Below, one piece after another: positions 58,132 through 64,000 of a DNA stretch of 64,000 nucleotides. Within the stretch, counting starts at the first letter, position 1, and every line of letters starts with the position of its first letter. The DNA comes from an uncultured Planctomycetaceae bacterium (GTDB lineage: Bacteria > Planctomycetota > Planctomycetia > Pirellulales > PALSA-1355), in the NCBI GenBank assembly GCA_963785305.1, contig CAWAUV010000005.1:544001-608000 (forward strand). Reading direction: 5' to 3'. The notes beneath the pieces were generated by a model. That model did not search any database. It was not told the origin of the DNA and saw nothing but the letters and a program-made list of their open reading frames with translations. A program made the position numbers and the translations under genes.

Positions 58132-59164
58132 CTAACGCCAAATAAAGGGCGGATACGCGTCGATATCGCCTCGCAGCCGTCGGGCCAGCAGCCGCGCCTG
58201 CACATGAACCAGCAAGCCGACCGTCACCTTTTCGCCTAGCTCCGGGTGCAATATCTCGTCTTGCTTCCGCTTCTGATACGCCACAAGCACGGTCTTGCGA
58301 GTCTGATCGTCCATCATCACACGCGCCAGATTCCGTCGTCGTGAATCCAGACGCCGCAACTTGCCGCCGGTTAATCAGCGACAGCGCCAGGCGATCGGCA
58401 AGGAACGGGCGAAACTCTTCCATCAGGTCCAGCGCCAAGCCGGGACGACCGGGCCGATCGCGATGCAGAAACCCAACCGCCGCGTCCAGCCCCACCGACT
58501 CACAGGCCGACCGCACATCATGCGCCAACATGCTGTATAGAAACGACAGCAACGAGTTGAATGGATCGAGCGGCGGCCGGCGGCTGCGGTTGCTGAACTT
58601 GAATTCGCGCGACTGGGGCGAAACGATCGTCGAAAAGCACTGGAAATAAGCGTCGGCCGAGCCCCCTTCAATTCCTCGCAACTGGTCGAGCGACTCGCAC
58701 CTGCGCGCTGCGTCGATGTCCTGAGCCAGACGAGTGATCGCTCCTTGCAAGTCGGCGGAAGTGCTCGCGGCGCCCGAGTCGTGCGCCGCCCGCAGCAGCA
58801 CCGATCGGGCATTGGCCAGCTTGGCGGCGATCATATTGCGAGCAATGCCGCACGAAGCCGCGAGGTCGTCGGCCGTGCGATATTGCGTGCGACGCAGCAG
58901 CACATTGCCGGGCGAGAAGCCAACCACCGCGGCGCGGAAGCGCCCGTTCGGATCGAGCAGCGAAACCGTCACATTGCGGGCGGCGCACGCGCCCAGCAGC
59001 GAGGGACTGAAGCCCACGCGGCCGAAACAGACCACGCCGTCGAGATTGTGCAATGGCACTTGCAGCCGGGTCTTTTTTTCCACTCGCACGGCAACTGTTT
59101 CGCCCCGCTTGGCCAGATAGGCGCCGTCGGTGGTGATGAACAGCGTGTTCAAGTGCTGCTTCAT
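58132..59164 (-). CDS. cas1: Type I-C Cas1 (frameshift near 58320)
   Basis: [72 protein letters not shown]. Confidence 0.95.
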
Positions 59165-59180
59165 GGGACGGGCTCGGGGT

Positions 59181-59920
59181 TCAAGGCACGACGATCGCAT
59201 CAGCCGCGACATCACTCGTCGGGCCGCTCGAAGTCAGAATGATGTTGAAAGGCCCGCTCGATGCGCGCCCGACGCCGGCCGCTCGCTCGGCGACTTGCGG
59301 CAAACAAAGCGGCAACAGCGAACACTGCTCGCACTTGGGTTCGCGGCGAGCCGATGGCGTCAGGCGAGAAGCGATTAGTTCGTGCAGCCGCGCCGCCGTG
59401 GCGATCGTCCGCTGCCTGAGCGACTGGTCGAATCGCACGTCGGTGCGCCGCCGCGGAGTTCCGTAGAACAGGGCGCCCGCGGGAATCCCCCGGCCGAGCA
59501 TCTCTTCCAGACACATGGCCTGGGCACACAATTGCACGCGATCGCTGTCGTCTTTCTTGGGTTTTCCCCGTTTGTACTCGACCGGCGTGACGGACCACTC
59601 GCCCATCGCCAGCCGATCGCCCCAGGGGCCGCGCTTGGCAAGGCGCCGACGGGCGATTTCATCGAGCGGCCGAAACTCGACGACGTCGGCCTTGCCGATG
59701 AGCCCGAGCGCGAACGAGCGAAGCGACAGCCCGCGGGCGACCCGGAGATCGCGTTCGCGCTTGCCGGTCTCTTGGTGGGCCTTGCGATGCAGGTGCTGCC
59801 CTTCGACAGTCAGTCGGTTCTCGGCCCATTGCTGCTCGATGTGAATAACGCGCACTGCCGCTCGCAAAACAGCAAGTGCTGCAAGGCGGAGATCGGCAGA
59901 AGGTCATCTTCGGAGAGCAT
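59181..59920 (-). CDS. cas4: Cas4 (frameshift near 59850)
   Basis: [57 protein letters not shown]. Confidence 0.93.
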
Positions 59921-59923
59921 TGT

Positions 59924-62197
59924 TCAAATTACCGCGCCGCCGTTTGCCAAGAATTCATTGCATTTCAATACGCCTGCCATGTACCCAAGAAAGTCCGGCT
60001 CGTACTCATTCTCCCAAAAATAAATTTCGCCCTTCTGGCTCTTGAGATGCAAAGGTTCCAGACGAAATCCCGAAAGCTTCGACGTCCAAATTTGCACGCT
60101 GCCTTGAAGCAGCATCCGAAAGCCGACTCGTTTTCCTTCGATCAATCGTTTTCTTAGCCTGCGATCGACTATCACAAGCCGAGTATCCGCATCGATAACC
60201 TTCCCTTGCTCTTTCACCTGCGGGTAATCGTTTGCTTCCTCAGCTTTGCTCAAATTGTCAGGTAGTACTCCGCCGAGACGATCGATCTCCGTTCGCATGG
60301 CTCTTGTCACGAGTTCGGTCGACGTGTCGCGATGGATCGCGCCACTATCAAAGAATTCGCGGACAATACCGGCCGTGACTTTTGCTGCTGGATGCTGCGA
60401 AATATTTAGGTCGCTCAGAGCAAAATCGTAAACAACACTGCCTCCTTGCGCATTATATTCGGAGTTGCGGTTGACTCGCCCCGCTGTCTGCAAAAGAGAC
60501 GCAACGCTAAACCGCTCGCGGAATCCACTGCGAAATGAGAAGTCGACCCCAGCTTCGACACAACTTGTTGCAACCAAGCTCCAGTCTGTTTCTTGCCGTA
60601 AGAGTCGGGCCTTGATACGCTTATAGACGCGCTCGCGATCACGTGGCGATAAGGCAGTCGAAAGATGCAGCACATCCAGGCCGGCGTTGCGCATCGTCCT
60701 GGCAACGACGGCAGCATTTTGGACGGTACTCAGAATGGCTAGCCGCGGTGACGGCGATGCGCATATCAACTTTAACAATGTCTGGACGTCGACGACATCA
60801 TGGCTTGCCGAACGAAACAAGATGCGGCGATTCTCGGCATTTCTTATCGTTGCTGATTGGTCGATAGGCAGTAGCTCAGGCACATTCACTTTCCGAGGAA
60901 CTATGCGGCGATCCTCCCAATATCTTGCCAACGATCCACTCGCGAAAACGAACCGACACTTCCAGTTATAGGCAAGCTCGCACATCCAGCGCCAGTTTTG
61001 GGGCAAAAGTCGCGAGGGAAGCGCGGCATGTGCTTCGTCCATAAAGATCGCGCTACCCGGCACGGCGTGGAACTTTCGCAGGCTTGCTGGGTCGTTCGCT
61101 GCCAGTGTCTCAAAAAAATTGACGGCGGTTGTAACAACGATGGGCGCATTCCAAAGGACGGCTAGGTCACGATCGGCTGGATCTTCGAAATCGGCGCGAT
61201 GATGATGTTCGACCACGACCCTGCTAGGTCGCTCACCTGGCAATACCAATGCTTTCCGCAGGACATTTGCCGTTTGCGTGAGAATGTTCGTGTAGGGCGC
61301 GATGATAATTAGGCGGCGCAGGTTCTCGTCGCGTGCGCGACGAAGGAGGTATGCCGTAACCGACGTGGTTTTTCCGAGGCCAACAGGCGCTTCGCATGCG
61401 ACGAGCGGATCATCGATTGGACTATTCAGGCACGACTCGAAAAACGCGGATCGTTGCTGATTGCGGACACGTTCGGCTTCCGTCTCGCCGGAACCAAACC
61501 CTTCCACATACCGGCGCAACGCGGCCAAACGTTCGGACCATCTGGGCTCGTTCGCTCGCGGCGGCAACGCCCCAGAATCAAAGAACGCGGTATCCGAGTG
61601 ATCGGCGTCAACCAGACATGAAAGAGCTAAACGGAGCGCAAGACCATGGAAAGGTCGCGCGCACTGCAAGGCGTAGTCGCCTAAGCAAACGTTGTGGTCT
61701 TGGACATACTGCCGCAATAACGCGTCAGTACGGGAAATCTGTTTCTCGTTTCTCTGTCGCTTCCGCCAATCATCACAAACCGCACGCCGCCCGCGAAGTT
61801 TGAGGCAGGAAACGCCTTTTCCAAAATGATCGTCCTTCCTCGGCAATCCTGGCGCATGATGAGCGCGAACCAGCCATGCTGCCGTCCAGCATCGAGCCTT
61901 GGTAAGGTGTGCCACGCCACCGTCGATGTGGTCCCAGACAAGCCGGCCGCCTGCAAATTGACCCAGAACCTTCTGAATGTCTGGATCGAGTTTTCCGAGA
62001 TCATGGAATATCGCAGCGGATGCGATTGCATCCAGCATGCCCGGCGGTGGATCAATTGCATACTCAAGCATTCTTCTACGCGCAATCGCGCGAGCCATCG
62101 TACACCGCTCTGATATGCCGCGGGTAAGGATCGCCGTTTGCGCCCGCGCTTGCGGCGAATGAGCCAACGGAGTCTGGATACTTGCATTCGCAGCCAC
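59924..62197 (-). CDS. cas3: Cas3 HD nuclease-helicase
   Basis: FHDLGK, AHH, SCLVDAD, APVGLGKT, MDEAH, ATSCVEAGVDFSF, QTAGRVNRN. Confidence 0.92.
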   Translation of the reverse strand: MAANASIQTPLAHSPQARAQTAILTRGISERCTMARAIARRRMLEYAIDPPPGMLDAIASAAIFHDLGKLDPDIQKVLGQFAGGRLVWDHIDGGVAHLTKARCWTAAWLVRAHHAPGLPRKDDHFGKGVSCLKLRGRRAVCDDWRKRQRNEKQISRTDALLRQYVQDHNVCLGDYALQCARPFHGLALRLALSCLVDADHSDTAFFDSGALPPRANEPRWSERLAALRRYVEGFGSGETEAERVRNQQRSAFFESCLNSPIDDPLVACEAPVGLGKTTSVTAYLLRRARDENLRRLIIIAPYTNILTQTANVLRKALVLPGERPSRVVVEHHHRADFEDPADRDLAVLWNAPIVVTTAVNFFETLAANDPASLRKFHAVPGSAIFMDEAHAALPSRLLPQNWRWMCELAYNWKCRFVFASGSLARYWEDRRIVPRKVNVPELLPIDQSATIRNAENRRILFRSASHDVVDVQTLLKLICASPSPRLAILSTVQNAAVVARTMRNAGLDVLHLSTALSPRDRERVYKRIKARLLRQETDWSLVATSCVEAGVDFSFRSGFRERFSVASLLQTAGRVNRNSEYNAQGGSVVYDFALSDLNISQHPAAKVTAGIVREFFDSGAIHRDTSTELVTRAMRTEIDRLGGVLPDNLSKAEEANDYPQVKEQGKVIDADTRLVIVDRRLRKRLIEGKRVGFRMLLQGSVQIWTSKLSGFRLEPLHLKSQKGEIYFWENEYEPDFLGYMAGVLKCNEFLANGGAVI

Positions 62198-62201
62198 GAT
62201 T

Positions 62202-63123
62202 TCATTCCCATTGTTTCAGCGCACAGGTCTTCGAGGCTCTTCAACCGATTACGCACGGCCGCCGAGACGTTACCTTCACCTGGGATGTCATAGTCGGAGA
62301 TGGAGGTCGACGCCACATTGGGGTCGCCTTTTTTCGTGGGCGTCAACGCATCGAGGATGAGTGAATCCGGGCAGGAGCCAAGCGAAGAAGAGTGCTCGCC
62401 ATACCATGCATGGCGTATTTCTACGAACGGGCGAATCGCCGATGCGGTGTTGCGATACACATGCGGAACGAGGAACTTCATTACGTCAATATCCGTCGAC
62501 GAGCAGCCGCTCTTATGGGCCATCATCGGATTCACGAAAAACGGCATCGCGTAGACTGCGTGACGCACCACACGCCAACCCAACGGCGCCATGCCGCGGT
62601 CCTTACCCTCTTGAACCCCCGATTTATTCGTCGTCGTGATTCGTTCGACCTCAATGGGCGCAATACTGATACCGGGTCCGAACTGAACGGCGCCTGTGCT
62701 AATAAAATGATCCTTTTCTCCTGGCTTGAAATTCTTCCCCTTAATATCTTCTAGGAAAGTATTGCCAAACACACGGCCATCCCAATAAGCATCGGAAAAA
62801 TCGTGGGCTGTCATTTTGAAAATCGAGTCTCGATTTCGACCGCGCGATTCCAATATCTCAAACCGCCGGCCCTCTCCATTTGTTGAGATATCTAGCACTC
62901 GTTTTGCTTCTTGCCAGACCGGCCCGTCCTCGACGGCAATCAGATCGCGCAGTTTGCGTTTAAACGAAACCGGCGAAATTAACCCACGACCGTCGCTTTC
63001 CAGCGTCCGCGGTTCGCTTTCGGCGTCGGGGTCGCCATTCGGGTTGCTGTGGCGAACTTCGATAATCAATAACCCCGTGCCACGATTGAAGGTAGGTTTG
63101 GAATCGGATTTCTTTGCGCACAT
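62202..63123 (-). CDS. cas7: Cas7 (Csd2/Csh2-like); true stop probably at 62202 after a 1-nt error
   Basis: SNPNGDPD, SFKRKLRD, WDGRVFG, TGAVQFG. Confidence 0.88.
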
Positions 63124-63124
63124 A

Positions 63125-64000
63125 TTAGGTCTCCTCTTGTGGGGATTGCGGTGCCAATTCACTGTCCGTCAGATCGTCCTGCTCGTTGCGCGAAGGAATT
63201 CCCGCCATGTAGCCAAGAACTAGGCGGGCATGAAACAGGTCTGCATCTTGGCCTTCCGGTTCTGAAAGAAACTGGTCCAATTGCTTGGCAATCGGGCGGA
63301 CTTCGCGCGCCTGTCGAACGGCTTTGCGAATATCCCATCCACGCTGGATATCGAATGGATCCTTACTTTCAACGAGTTTGCCTACGCGATCGGGGTCGCG
63401 CGCAATTCTCATTGTCCATGCGAGATATGGAGACAATCGCTGACCCAACACCTCGATGGCACGCTTGGGAGACGCCTGCGCAATCGCAAACACCTGATTT
63501 CCGAGCAAGGTCGGTGGCACGTCGCCTTTCCTCACATCTGCACAATAGCCAACGTGGATCACATCTACAGCGGCTAAGAGCTGCCCGAGTTGGAACGCTT
63601 TGCTTTCCATGTCATTCTCCCGAGTGCCGCCGAGCGGCGCGGCATTTTTTAGTTTGTCTAAGAGAATCCCCAAAACGGTAACGGTGCGCAACGCTTCAAG
63701 TCGATCGAAGTCACGCGCAAATCGAAGCCCCGCCTCAGCGCATGAACTGTTCCGGCTAAGAGACCTCCGCGCCGATCGAGCACAAGTTTCAGAAATCGGC
63801 GCACCCGTCTTGAAGCGGAGCAGGAAGGGGTCGGAACGGTTTCTAAGAACAACGCCAGTGCTTCGGCCGCAGGAATTCCAACGATCTCTTGTTTTTGTGT
63901 GCCACCGCGAATAAAAAGACATTTACTAAACTCAATCAAATCCAATGGCCGCACGTGGCGAGGCAAAGAAATTCTTGACTTCTCGCCTCGTTTTGCCGGA
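63125..64000 (-). CDS. cas8c: Divergent Cas8 large subunit with Cas11-like C-terminus (5' end outside window)
   Basis: Directly upstream of cas7; C-terminal AFQLGQLLAAVD...LVLGY pattern like the Cas8c/Cas11 region; internal Met (MESKAF) after a purine-rich stretch. Confidence 0.6.

Noticed and set aside
57731..59215. Apparent Cas1-Cas2 read-through ORF
   Set aside because: Caused by a frameshift near 58320; the true Cas1 C-terminus (YPPFIWR) is in ORF 58132..58359.
61681..63162. Apparent 493-aa Cas7 with a long C-terminal extension or a Cas7-Cas3 fusion
   Set aside because: The extension overlaps cas3 out of frame; a 1-nt correction gives a stop at 62202 just before the cas3 start.

Overview
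High-GC bacterial DNA, most likely from a Planctomycete (Pirellulales-like; inferred from gene content and style). Many long genes carry single-base indels, which look like uncorrected long-read errors. 1-24 kb is mostly housekeeping: TolC/RND/MFP efflux genes, tRNA-Arg(UCG)-rph, VanZ, HtrA-like protease, sulfite reductase, metH, an ExeA/BY-kinase-like/GT39 cluster and nagB. 24-31 kb holds a group 1h (high-affinity, HhySL-type) [NiFe]-hydrogenase directly followed by a PAS-PAS hybrid histidine kinase and a convergent REC-HD-GYP phosphodiesterase, a candidate H2-to-c-di-GMP signalling module. 31-39.6 kb has two inverted IS1202/ISNCY-like elements bracketing a hyfBCEF membrane arm with no catalytic subunits. 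Three of the four IS ends sit 18-19 bp from a sigma70 -35 box, and the two copies differ by a flipped 24-bp hairpin loop. Next come rpsL-rpsG, hemP, pcp and a truncated acyltransferase fused tail-to-tail to a truncated nuclease. That nuclease ends a ~9.5-kb uncharacterised cassette (DUF1257, DUF2997, Ycf46-like AAA, membrane pair, sigma-like factor, DUF3150-like, beta-clamp-like, PD-(D/E)XK). The window ends with a 77-repeat type I-C CRISPR array and cas genes in the non-canonical order cas8-cas7-cas3-cas4-cas1-cas2.
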